Notes under the pieces: generated by a model
What the model saw: the letters and a program-made list of their open reading frames with translations, nothing else
The model's database searches: none
What the model was told of the DNA's origin: nothing
Source of the DNA: Macrostomum lignano
Taxonomy: Eukaryota
DNA length: 64,000 nucleotides
Direction of reading: 5' to 3'
Assembly (NCBI GenBank): GCA_002269645.1
Contig: NIVC01000273.1
Span: 225,165-289,164, forward strand
Made by a program: the position numbers and the translations under genes
Shown here: positions 46,839 through 59,000 of the stretch, one piece after another
Layout of the letters: each line of letters opens with the position of its first letter
Numbering within the stretch: the stretch's first letter is position 1

Positions 46839-48474
46839 CAGTTTTTATTAACTGTGACCGTATAAATAGTGACCCTGTTATATTTCAACATAAAACAAAT
46901 ACTATTTGGGCTCAAGTAGTTAACTAAATAGCAAAGGCATTATTGTATTGCTCTACCAATACAAAAGAATGGTCCTAGTCTAAAATTTAATCCATAAAAT
47001 CTATGAAACTAATGGCATTACATTAAAATAATACATAGTACATACCGGTTCAAATTAAGTTTTTTAACTTACTCCGCTAGTTGCTGTCAATGCCGAAGCA
47101 TCAACAATAACAAGCTGTGCGTTTAAACTCACCAAAACAGAACCGTTCGTATAGAATTTAAAGAATTTCAGCCGTCTAAAAGCCATGGTGAGGGAGAGAC
47201 GACCACGACTGCCGAGCAGCGCGTGTGCTGATATAGTGTATAGAAAGGCCGCTTGTGCATGCACAGGGGTTGCTGGACTCCGGGGCATATGTGGGCAATC
47301 CAGATTGGCCGAGAGGGAGAGGGAGAGAGAGGGAGAGAGAGGGAGAGAGAGGCTTATAGTTTTCTGTACAGGTCCAAGGCTTCATTCTGGATTGTGAAAG
47401 CGCTTGCCTGCAAGACTGCTGTGTTTGCTCTAAATTTCCTGCCCAATGTGTGAGTCAGACTCAAAAGATTCTAGAATTCTAATCTAACTGGAAGTGAAGG
47501 CGGACCCCCCTCTTCTCAGGGGGCTTGGGGTTTGTGTTCCGCCTGTTGACCAAGTTTGCATGTGCGCGTGACTCCAACCCCACACTTTTCAATTCCTCTT
47601 TTACATGTAGGGTGTAGGGCAGAAAGCACAGAAGATAAGGGGAGAGGGCTTGAAATTGGTCCTTCTGCTTTGCATGGGATGACTCATTGACACCTGAATA
47701 GTAGAAGAAGGTCTAGACAGGAAACAGAAAAGGAAAATGTTTATTTAGCGTACGACAGAAGGCCAAGGCCCAAAGCGAATGAGTGGGTCCACATTTTCTC
47801 CTTTGGCGCGAAACCCAGAGGTCCTCTCTCCCTCACTCTCTATTTTGAGACTGCTCCATCTAGGGACCTTTTGGTCTCTATGTGGGTGGGTTAAGGGCAA
47901 GGAAATCTAGATCTACCAGCTGGAATACCAATTCTTGAGTGAAGATGCTCGGACCCGGACCCTAGTATGAGCGAGCAAGTGAGAAAAAATGGGGAAGAGA
48001 TGAGAGAGAATATAGGGATGAAAATCACATACTATTATACATTGTCTTTTATCATACAAAAACATACGGGTACAAATGTGCGTTGAATTTCCAGTTAGTC
48101 ATCGTAATTCTGAGTCTAAAGCTGTGTGTGCACACAAAGGCAGAGCTGAGGCGGTGAGTCGCATGCATTTTTCATGATTTCAAGTTCCCTGCTTTTTCTT
48201 AGCTCTTTGTCTTTGACTTTACTCATACTAAGGACAGGTAAAATGCACTTTTCCGAATGCCATGCGGACACACCTGCCGGGCCATGTCAGATTTAGCCGA
48301 CTAAATATGTTCAGTCAGCTCAGCTGCGGCAGCTACATCATCTCTATTCGTCAGTAATCTGAGAGCGATAGGAAACTCAGAGCTGTTTCCCTATTGAAGT
48401 ACTCCAGTATTAATGTCACCGACGTGGAACTGGTGCTAGAAGTTCTGTGGCTAGTTCTAGTTCTAGATCTCTAT

Positions 48475-48667
48475 GGGCCGTATGCAGAAAGCTCTGTCTA
48501 GGGTAGTCCGGTCTTGAAAAGCTAGTCTGGACTTGGATTTGGTATGCAGAAACGCAAAGTTAGACCAGTCTACTATAGCAGAACTAGGCTAGCTAGACCA
48601 TAGACTATAGACTGAACTACACAAGTCCGGACTAGCTAGTCTGGACTTGGCTTTCTGCATACGGCCC
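48475..48667. mobile_element. PIF/Harbinger-like MITE
   Basis: TIR GGGCCGTATGCAGAAAGC; 3-bp TSD TAT. Confidence 0.75.
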
Positions 48668-48809
48668 TATGAGTAGGGGGATAGACGAAGCACAAGCTCG
48701 TTAGCTCAGTGCTTCAGCTTTATTTTTTGCGCTTCGGAACCAAGTCTGAGTTAAAAGCAGAGACCATAAGAATTTCATTGTCTGTGGTTAAAAAGTAAGG
48801 GAAGCGATT

Positions 48810-49290
48810 GCGCCAAGGAGTTCTATAAGTAGCAGCCTGGAGTGGAAGCGAGTTACCTCATGAGGCGAGACCATGGATGAATAATATAACTGGATCGCCA
48901 GAAGCTCGATTTTTTTGTCCTAGCCATAGACAAGCACCAGCATCACAAGAAGCTCAGAATGCCGTACTTTCACACATTTTCACTTATCCTACTAAGTATA
49001 CTTATAAATAAAGGTTTGCAGCTTCTGCAGCGGCTATTTGTCTATGTGTGAAAGTACGGCATTCTGAGCTTCTTGTGATGATGGTGCTTGTCTATGGCTA
49101 GAACCAAAAAAATCGAGCTTCTGGCGATCCAGTTATATTATTCATCCATGGGCCAGACTAGCATAGACAGAGCCATAGACATTCTGTGCTGGCTCCTTAT
49201 GTTTACAATTGGCGTGGCCTCATGACATGAGGTAAAACTCGCTTCCGCTCCAGATTGCTAATTGTAGAGATCCTTGGATTGCGCATGCAA
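48810..49290. mobile_element. Nested fold-back elements: inner ~106-bp arms (48871-49151) inside older inverted arms
   Basis: CCATGGATGAATAATATAACTGGATCGCC inverted pair; outer CTGGAG.GGAAGCGAGTT..ACCTCATG pair. Confidence 0.65.
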
Positions 49291-49915
49291 GGCTTCTAGG
49301 GATTTCAGTGTACAGCCTGGGCTTCGTGTGACTCAACTTACTCAACTCAACCCTAGCATGCCCCTTCTTCTTATCTCACTCTTATTTCTTTGACATTTCA
49401 TTCTTTTCCGAAAGATGGAGCTCTTGAAGCTTTGTGGGTGAAAGCCAACTCAAGAAAGGACATAGTTCCTTCCTTCCAAGCACTCGAGAATGTCCTCCCT
49501 GCACTTTGTGCGCAGTGACTTCATCGAGGAACATTCCGACAGCAATTTTCGCCGTTCGAAGAACTTTTGCACGAAGGAGCTGACTAAAGTCGAAAAGGTG
49601 CTTGAAGGACGCACTGTCAACTAGCTTTGCTAATGCATATCCTGTCGTCAAAGCCAGCCGCTGTTCGACACTGCGCTTCCATGGCAACTGCCTTTGGTCG
49701 TCTAGAAGACATGGGAGAGGAATTCGAAGATTAAGATGATACTAAAAGATACAGAGGAACTCAAGTGGAAGGGGTGTGGCAAATATCGGAGGCTTAGCTT
49801 CATTCTTGAGCAAATCGGGCTGGCTTCTTTAGTTCAGCAGCCGACAGAATATTATTCGTCTACTTATAAAATAGTAATGCAGTTTAGATGCTCTCAGTGG
49901 ATGTTTATGTAGAGT

Positions 49916-50670
49916 CATGGCATCAAAATGAGAACCATGGCATCAAAATGAGAATCATGGCATCAATATGAGAATCATTGCATCAAAATGAGAGTCATTG
50001 CATCAAAATGAGAGTCATGGCATCAAAATGAGAGTCATGGCATCAATATGAGAATCATTGCATCAAAATGAGAGTCATTGCATCAAAATGAGAGTCATGG
50101 CATCAAAATGAGAATCATTGCATCATAATGAGAATCATGGCATCAAAATGAGAGTCATGGCATCAAAATGAGAATCATGGCATCAAAATGAGAATCATGG
50201 CATCAAAATGAGAGTCATGGCATCAAAATGAGAATCATTGCATCATAATGAGAATCATTGCATCATAATGAGAATCATGGCATCATAATGAGAATCATGG
50301 CATCAAAATGAGAACCATGGCATCAAAATGAGAATCATGGCATCAAAATGAGAATCATGGCTCCAAAATGAGAATCATTGCATCATAATGAGAATCATGG
50401 CATCAAAATGAGACTTGACTTAGCTGCAGGGGGCGTCCGGCGGATGTAGCGAGGAGGCGGAGGAGACCGCCCATTTCGCTAGCCCCTGGCGACCAATGAC
50501 TTCCGTTGAAGTGATGTCGCTCAGGGGGACCCGTCGGTCTCGCCTGCAGCGCGGTCCTCCTCACCGGCGGTGGGGAAGAAGTCAGCTGCATCAAAATGAG
50601 AATCATGGTATCAAAATGAGAATTATGGCATCAAAATGAGAATCATGGCATCAAAATGAGAATCATGGCA
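49916..50670. repeat. 20-bp minisatellite (CATCAAAATGAGAATCATGG), interrupted by a GC-rich segment at about 50415-50587
   Basis: Direct observation. Confidence 0.9.
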
Positions 50671-52239
50671 AATCAAATAGAGAAATTCAAATAGTCATAG
50701 CCAAATAGACCCGCATCCGCAGTCAAGGCGCAGGCGTGGCTGCACTCGAGCGGTGAGCACAGACCGGACAGTGTCCGAGAAGTCGGAGCTCACGCAGTCC
50801 AGCCCAGTGGTTGGGTGGAAAGCGGCTCTGGGGGAGCTGCAGGACTCGGACAGCAGCTGCGGAGGCGCCGCCCACAGCAGCAGCAGCAGCAGGGCGTGCG
50901 GGTGGCATGAGACCAGCGTCCACGTCGCGCACCTGGACACCCCGACAATGTGGCCAGGAGCTCCGTGCGTCCCTGCCATCGACGGGGTGACGAATTGGTC
51001 TCACCCCGGGTATGCAGCCTGGGGGAGCTGTCCCCCACTGTTGGGTTGGCGGTGGATGGCGGTTTTTACAGCGTAAGTCGGTCTGCGGAGGAGCCCTGCG
51101 CACCGGGACTCGGGTCCCCACGCTCTCTGGCCACCCGCCGCAGGCCGCAAATTGGATTCCGCCGTCTACCGCCAGTGCCCACCCGCGCAGAGTCAGCGCC
51201 CCGGCTGCATGGTGCTACGCACCCGGTCCCATTAGCTACGTCTAGCTACAATGTCCGTGACCCGAAGAAGAAGAAGAAGAAGAAGCAGGGCGTGCAGCAT
51301 TCTGGCAGCTTTGGCTTGAGACCAGTTAGGACCCGTGGGATTTAGTGCCAAGCTCCCGGAGACTTGATGCAGAGCAGCAAAGCAACGCGCAGCTCTGGCT
51401 TAAACAGAGTCGCGGCTATTTACATTACTCCGAGTCACTGAGCTGTAATACAAAAAATTCAGGCAGCTGCTACTGCTACGGTGGTATCAGGTATTCGCGG
51501 CCCAGAGTGCAATATTTCTGCCTCAGCTTAAACAGAATCGCAGCAATTTTTATTCCGCGCCACTGAGCTGCAGCTCGGGAAGCTGACAATACAATTGACT
51601 ATGAGCAGAGCAAGAACGACAATCGATATTTATCAGCTAGCTTCGCCCCAGCCAAGCAGAATAGGCAGGCACCGAATCCATTCAACTGTTTTCCGCTACA
51701 GTCGGAAGCCAGTTCAAGCAACCATTGCCTTGGAAAAGCTACATTGGGGTAGCCCGGCAAATGATACCATTAGATTAGATTTGTCATCGGAAGCAGATGG
51801 AATGCTCATGCATCTGCCATAATCCTTTATTATGACTTGTTCACTGCGTCATCGATTTGTTTTGCAAGAAGAATCCAATTTCTCGAGAGCATGCTAAATG
51901 CACTGGCGACAAGTTCCCTACCGGCCTCCAGCTCTAAGCGAGTGTAGCCAGCGTTCAGCTGTCCAAGGCTTAAATCGAGTCAGAAGTTAATAAAGAGAAA
52001 AGATTTGAAACAAATGCGCCATGATTTTTTTAATTCGCTTCGCAGGACAGCCTGGACTGCATCAAATTTATTAATATTTTACACGCTGAAGCGCTCAATC
52101 TTCAGGTATGCGAAAATAGACTGATTGGATTAGTGTAAAAATCATAATTTAGCTAGCTAAAAGTGCAACAAACAGGACTGCAGCTACAGACAGGTGTTGA
52201 ATAGTGCTGAAGCCAGCATCAGCAAGCACTGCTGTGCCT

Positions 52240-52557
52240 TCACTGGAAGGAGATGCCGCTGCTGCCGCCGCCGCCGCCGCCGCTCTCCCTGGCGATGCGG
52301 CTGCCGTACACTTTGCTGACGATGTTCCAGGTCTCCACGTACCTGTCCAGGCACATGCTCACGCACTTCTGCTCGGAGGTGGCCAGCTCCCCGCCGGGGC
52401 TGGGCACGCACTTCTCGAAGCACTTCTCCGTGGAGGTGTTCACCAGCGACTGGATGAGGTTCAGCGCCGTCTGCTGCTGAAGCTGTTCAAGGATTTGGCG
52501 CTTATCGGAGTCCGACCCGCCGCCACCGCCGACACCGCTGGAGCTGAGGCTGTCCAT
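52240..52557 (-). CDS. TIMM13: Mitochondrial intermembrane-space small Tim chaperone, Tim13-like
   Basis: Twin CX3C (KCFEKC, KCVSMC), DRYVETWNIVSKVYGSRIARE C-terminus; intronless. Confidence 0.85.
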   Translation of the reverse strand: MDSLSSSGVGGGGGSDSDKRQILEQLQQQTALNLIQSLVNTSTEKCFEKCVPSPGGELATSEQKCVSMCLDRYVETWNIVSKVYGSRIARESGGGGGGSSGISFQ

Positions 52558-52689
52558 GCTGGCTGGGGAGCTGCGGGGGTCCGTTGCAATTTGAGCTGGG
52601 GAATTGAGACTTTCGGAGCGAATGCCGAAGTAGCAAGTAAATTGGGGTTGGCGGGGATGACCAGGGAGAGTAAATTGGGTTTATGGGGG

Positions 52690-53140
52690 TAGTGATGGAG
52701 AGTGTACAATCTGGTTTATGGGGGTGGTGAAGATGTACTTGGGGTTGGCCATGGAGAGTGTACATGGGGGTTGATGAGGATAGCCAGGAAGAGTGTACAT
52801 TAGGTACGGGGTGGTAAAAGAGAGTGTACATTAGGGTTGGCGGGGCCGGTTTCCAGGGAGTGTATATTGGGCTGGCGAGGATGGCCAGGGAGACTGTACA
52901 TTGGGTTCGCGGATATGGCAAGGGAGACTGTACATTGGGTTGGCGGGGATGGCAAGGGAGACTGTACATTGGGTTGGCGGGGTTGGCCATAGAGAGTGTA
53001 CATTGGATTGGCGGGGATAGCCAGGGAGAGTGCACATTGGGTTAACGGGGATGGAAAGGGAGGGTGTACATTGGGGTTGGTGGGAATAGCCAGGGAGAGT
53101 GTATATTGAGTTGGCGGGGCCGGTGGCCAGGGAGTGTATA
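52690..53140. repeat. About 34-bp minisatellite
   Basis: GGGAGA(C/G)TGTACATTGGGTTGGCGGGGATGGC unit. Confidence 0.85.
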
Positions 53141-53974
53141 TTGGGTTGGCTAATAAATAAACAAGCGCAGACACCAGAAGTCCAGTCGGCCCGGGAGAGG
53201 ACCATTTTATTTTCTTTAATCGGCAGCAAAAACGGCAGAATTCCCGGCGCGAGCACACGGAAGGCGCGGACGCAAACAAGGAGAGGCTGAGATGCGCGCC
53301 TTGTTTTAGCCTCATGGACACAACAGACGGAACACAAAATATAGCAGGCCAACAGCAAAGATTTATTATCAAACAAAAAAATAAACTAACACAGGTCACA
53401 GACAGGCTGGCGGAGGCCAAGATCGACAATAAATGTACTTAAATAAGATCGTCAGAATAACAAAGGTAAGCAGAACTCATTAGATGCCAAAACCGGAGAA
53501 TGGGAGAAGGGCGCGCGCGCATTTCTAAGCCAGCCGAAACTCTGACTCCCGAATGCACACCTGGGCAATTAAGCGGACACTTAACCTGCTCACGGAATTG
53601 GAAGATGCAAAGCCGACAGCTCCATATAACAATGAACTGATAAGCAATGTTTAAGCCGCAAAATAGCACAAAATAGCAATTACAGGGTGGCTACTGGGCA
53701 GTTCAAAGGGGCAAATCGCGAAATAAGAATTCAGCTAATAAAGGGCTTGATAACAGCTTCTGGATAGATGCATTATCATATGCTAATTAGAATGAGCTGA
53801 TGTTTAAACTGGATCTCATCAAATACAGGGACTCAGGATTCCGAACTTCTCAGGCGCGAATTAAGTAGGAGAAAAAACTGCAAAACTTGACAAGAATAAA
53901 AATTCTGCAAAAATATAGTCAACTACTTCAGGCTTCCCTAAATCTCAAACTGCAGATCTGAAAATCTTCGGGTT

Positions 53975-54510
53975 CGTAGGAAATCCCCAGTTGACAAGGG
54001 AAATTCTCAACAGAAAGAGGAATCCCCAGTTGACAAGGGAAATTCCTGACGGAAAGAGGAATCCCCAGTTGCCAAGGTAAACCCTCAGTTGTCACAGGAA
54101 ATCCCTTTCGGCAAAGGGAATCCCCCTGTTTCCAAGGGAAATCATTTTCGGCAAGGAAAATCCCCAGTTGTCAAAGGAAATTCCTGACGGAAAGAGGAAT
54201 CCCCAGATATCAAGGGAAAACCCAGCTGCCAAGGAAAACCTTCAGTTGCCACGGGAAATCCTTTTCGGACAGGGGAATCCCTAGTTGGAAAGGGCATTCC
54301 CCAGTTTCCAAGGGAAATCCCTCCTCAGTTGTCAAGGGAAATCTCTGTCGGCAAGGGGAAACCCAATTTGGCAAGGAAAATCCACAGTTGCTAAGGGAAA
54401 TCTCAAGTCAGCAAGGGAATTTCCAAGGAAATTGATTCTTGAGTGTTTGACTAAAAAACCCCAGTGCTGGCGCGAAATCCTCAGTCGACAAAGGAAATCC
54501 CCAGTTGCTA
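53975..54510. repeat. Degenerate minisatellite (AATCCCCAGTTG.CAAGGGAA)
   Basis: Direct observation. Confidence 0.75.
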
Positions 54511-54548
54511 TGCAAAAGGGACTCGGCACAAGCGGAGAGATCAGGGGG

Positions 54549-55319
54549 TCACATAAAGTCGTCAAAGTCGTCATAATCGTCGTAGCCCTCGCCGTCGAGA
54601 GCCGCCGGGTCCCGCTCGACCTTCACAGTGCCCTTGGCCTTCTTCGGCTTGCCCTTAGCCGTCTTTTGCATTTTTTGTTTCTCAGTCGCCAGCGCGCCAA
54701 AAGAAGTGGAGAGGCGGCGCAGGCACTCGGGGTCCAGCTCGAGCGCGCACTCCCTGTAGACGCCTTCAATGAATCCCGGGTAGTGCGGCGAGGTCTCCAG
54801 GCTGCGCAGCTTCTGGGAGAGCAGCCGGGCCAGCTTGTCGAAGTCCTCCTTGCCGCTCGGCTGCAGCAGGTCGATTGACTTCTCCGGGATGATGCCAGCA
54901 GCCGCAGCTGCTTCGTTGACCCCGAAGGTGTCCTTGGTGATGAGCAGGTCGGACTCCTCCTGCAGCTTGCGCAGCTCCTCCGCTGTCAGGTTCTTGGCGG
55001 CGGCTCCGCCCGCCTCCGCTGAGTCCGGAGCGCTCTGCTTTTTTCGCTCTTCGACTTCGGTTTTCTTCTTCTCCAGCGCCTCGGCCAGCGCTTTTTTGCC
55101 CTTCTTCGGCTTCGTGGAGGTCGCGGCGGCGGCCGGCTTCTTGTCGGCTGAGGCGGCGGAGGCAGCCGCGGGCGCGGCCGGCTCGGCGTCCCAGGCGTCG
55201 GGCACCTCGTCCTCGTCTTCGCCCTCCCACTTGTCCGTCTTCGGCGGCACCGACAGCGGAATCAGCGAGGGCCCGCCGGCCTCCAGGGTTTCGGCTTCGT
55301 CCTCCCAGGTGTCGGCCAT
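54549..55319 (-). CDS. EIF3J: Eukaryotic translation initiation factor 3 subunit J
   Basis: MADTWEDE, DKWEGEDEDEVPDAWDAE, LRKLQEESDL...TFG, acidic YDDYDDFDDFM end; an in-frame upstream ATG lies at 55361. Confidence 0.92.
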   Translation of the reverse strand: MADTWEDEAETLEAGGPSLIPLSVPPKTDKWEGEDEDEVPDAWDAEPAAPAAASAASADKKPAAAATSTKPKKGKKALAEALEKKKTEVEERKKQSAPDSAEAGGAAAKNLTAEELRKLQEESDLLITKDTFGVNEAAAAAGIIPEKSIDLLQPSGKEDFDKLARLLSQKLRSLETSPHYPGFIEGVYRECALELDPECLRRLSTSFGALATEKQKMQKTAKGKPKKAKGTVKVERDPAALDGEGYDDYDDFDDFM

Positions 55320-55485
55320 GCGAACTGCAGCTGGTGCGGCTGCGGGGTCGGGGGGAGGCATAATTTGTCTACCTGCTTTGGGAGTTACCGGCAGCCTCTA
55401 TGACTTTCCTATAGATAATTTAGGGATACTAAACAAAAGAGATCTTAAAGCAGGGCTTGAAATGCCAACTCTCGTAAAAAGTCAC

Positions 55486-55717
55486 TGACAGTCAAGTGTC
55501 ACCGACAGTCAAGTGTCACCGATAGTCAAATGTCACTGACAGTCAAATGTCACTGACATTCAAGTGTTACTGACAGTCAAATGTCACTGACAGTCAAGTG
55601 TTACTGACAGTCAAATGTCACTGACAGTCAAATGTCACTGACAGTCAAATGTCACTGACATTCAAGTGTTACTGACAGTCAAATGTCACTGACAGTCAAG
55701 TGTTACTGACAGTCAAA
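55486..55717. repeat. 17-bp minisatellite (CTGACAGTCAAATGTCA)
   Basis: Direct observation. Confidence 0.9.
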
Positions 55718-56080
55718 TGACGGTATCCTGGTTTGTTTGATCAATCTCTAATTACTTAACTAACCGAATACTCCAGCCAGCTATTTATCGGACAGAGATG
55801 TACTTTGAAATGAAACGACAAGCAGAGACGACAAGCAGTTAAAGGCTCAACAGCAAAGCTGCAGGTGAGCACACGTGTATTTCCAGTCAATGAGCCTCAG
55901 GTTGAGTTCATGACAATGGAAGCGAATATTTTTAGTATTTGAAACTCTACAGCACAGTGAATTGCTGGTATGCATGTGGCTAAAACACTGGACAAAATGC
56001 CATCTTCTACGCTGCATCGCAACTTATACTGCTGGACAAAGCAATGAGTAGTCAGCAAAGGATTTTTATAAAGAATTTTG

Positions 56081-59000
56081 CTAATCGAGGTCGCGCCACT
56101 GCCCTTGGCGCAGAATCTTCTGAGCCTCTCGCTCCTTCAGCCAGCTGGGCTGGTAGCCCTCGGCCGGCACCGCCAGGGGATACTTGGACTCCGGCCTGCG
56201 GCGGCCCAGGAACGGGTGCACTGACTTCAGCTTCTCCTTCAGGGTCTCCTCGGCGATGTCCTTGGTGTCCCGGTACTTGTCCAGGTAGCTGGGCGGGTGG
56301 AGTGGGATGACCAGGTATAGCTAGGAAATAATGTACATCTAGTGAGATTCAATGAGAAATGAGGTGGATCAAATGAGACATGAGATGCATCTAATGAGAC
56401 ATGAGGTGGATCTAATGAGACATGAGGTGCATCCAAAGAGATATGAGATGCATCCAATGAGACATGAGGTGAATCTAATGAGACATGAGGTGCATCCAAA
56501 GAGATATGAGATGCATCCAATGAGACATGAGGTGGATCAAATGAGACATGAGGTGCATCCAAAGAGATATGAGATGCATCCAATGAGACATGAGGTGAAT
56601 CTAATGAGACATGAGGTGCATCCAAAGAGATATGAGATGCATCCAATGAGACATGTGTAGTGAGTATTCCTCTCCCAGCCGTTTAAAGGACGCATGGTCC
56701 TTCCCGTGTTGTTTATTTACGTGTACTTTCTCGCGCGTACCGGTGAAAACCGGCCCACCAATATGTCTATCTCTGCTATCGTTGGGGTTTGGGTGAGCCT
56801 GGGTGCAGTCAGTTTTTGGGCTTAGCTGGGGGAGTCGCGCTGTTTGTTTGGGCCGTGGCGCCGGCTGATTGGCTGAGCCCACCCCTCCTTTGCGCTGGTT
56901 GGGGGGTTGGCCTCTCTTAGCTGCATGTGTGGCTACCCTCTGCCCCACCCCGCTCCGCCGGTCTATTTAGGTGAGCCCCCTGCTGAGTTGTTTTTAGTTA
57001 AGTGTTGTGGCCCGTCTCGACTTGCGGCCCCACCGGCTTTTGCTACTGAATTTGCGCTACGTTTCCAATAGCGACAACCTATTTCTGTGCTGTGCTCTGT
57101 TCGTGTACGAGCCCCTGTTCTCTGCGACCCTGCGCTCTTTTCCTGTGCGACCCCGAGCATTCGTTCTCTGCGCTTCTGCCTGCGTTTCAAACTGCGCTGA
57201 AATAGACTGCGCACCACCGAAACCGTGAGACCTTTTGCCGTGTTGTTCTTTGGGGTTAGCTGCTTAGGCTCTAGGCGGGATTGGAGCGTCGTACGCGTGC
57301 TGGGGGCAATTGGGCTGCTCAAACCGCCTGCTTTTCCCTCCCGACTCCGCGTCGTACGCGAGTGGGTGGGCGACCGCAGTGAGGGTCAGAACACGAGCCC
57401 GAACTCCGGGAGAAACGACCCGGATCCCCCCCGTGTCACCACACATGAGATGCATCCAACAAGACATGAGATGCATCCAATGAGACATGAGGTGAATCTA
57501 ATGAGACATGAGGTGCATCCAAAGAGATATGAGATCCATCCAATGAGACATGAGGTGAATCTAATGAGACATGAGGTGAATCTAATGAGACATGAGGTGA
57601 ATCTAATGAGACATGAGTTGGATCAAATGAGACATGAGTTGGATCAAATGAGACATGAGTTGGATCAAATGAGACATGAGGTGAATCTAATGAGACATGA
57701 GTTGGATCAAATGAGACATGAGGTGAATCTAATGAGACATGAGTTGGATCAAATGATACATGAGGTGAATCTAATGAGACATGAGGTGGATCAAATGAGA
57801 CATGAGGTGGATCAAATGAGACATGAGGTGGATCAAATGAGACATGAGGTGGATCAAATGAGACATGAGGTGGATCAAATGAGACATGAGGTGGATCAAA
57901 TGAGACATGAGGTGGATCAAATGAGACATGAGGTGGATCAAATGAGACATGAGGTGGATCAAATGAGACATGAGGTGGATCAAATGAGACGAGATCTCTC
58001 AATCCCCAGGGTGCTCACAGATTGAAGGGCTCGGAAAAGGCGAACTGCTGCATCTTCGGTCTGTAGGGCGCCGGCCAGCGGAACTCGAAGACGGGCTCGG
58101 CGCCCATGTCGGTCAGCCGATGCCGGTAGACGGTCCGCACCGACGGGTCCCAGGCGGCCTGGAAGAAGCAGAGGCCGGCCGGGGTCAGCCGGTCCTGGTG
58201 GCGCCGGTAGAACTCAGCGGTGCTGAAGTCGCGCTCAGCCAGTCGGTCTCCGGCCAGCTGTTGGTTCTCCTGCTGGTCCTCCAGAGGCGCGGACTGCACG
58301 AAGAGCACCAGCGCGTAGCGGTGCAGGCCGGTGCCCAGCGGCGGGATTGGCTGCAGGTAGGGGAGGCGGACGCGGCCCTCCGCCACGCGGCCGCTGCCGG
58401 GGATGTCGGTGACCAGCCAGTGCGCGTACTCGCGCTCCGCCGACTGCAGGTGCTCATCGGGACAGGTGAGCAGCACCGCCCACTTCAGCTGCTGCTGCTG
58501 ACCAGAGCTGCTGCTGTTGAAATCCTGCGGCTCCTGCCAGCGCAGGTCTGGGGCCTCGGAACACTGGAATTGCGGGACAGCGGAGATTTTGGCTGGGATC
58601 TGGGAGGGCTGCTATCCCAGTTTGGGATCTGGGAGGGTTGCTATCCCAGTTGGGATCTGGGAGGGCTGCTATTCCAGTTTGGGATCTGGGAGGGTTGCTA
58701 TCCCAGTAAGGGAATCTGGGAGGGTTGCTATCCCAGTAAGGGAATCTGGGAGGGTTGCTATCCCAGTAAGGGAATCTGGGAGGGTTGCTATCCCAGTAAG
58801 GGAATCTGGGAGGGTTGCTATCCCAGTAAGGGAATCTGGGAGGGTTGCTATCCCAGTAAGGGAATCTGGGAGGGTTGCTATCCCAGTTGGGGATCTGGGA
58901 GGGTTGCTATCCCAGTTTGGGATCTGGGAGGGTTGCTATCCCAGTAAGGGAATCTGGGAGGGTTGCTATCCCAGTAAGGGAATCTGGGAGGGTTGCTATC

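Noticed and set aside
49382-49687. 101-aa minus-strand ORF as a transposase or retroelement fragment
   Set aside because: No motif recognised and no supporting flanks
50415-51345. GC-rich segments as exons of a host gene
   Set aside because: No frame gave a recognisable protein or a consistent splice model
52204-55488. Plus-strand ORFs overlapping Tim13 and eIF3j
   Set aside because: Antisense shadows of GC-rich coding sequence
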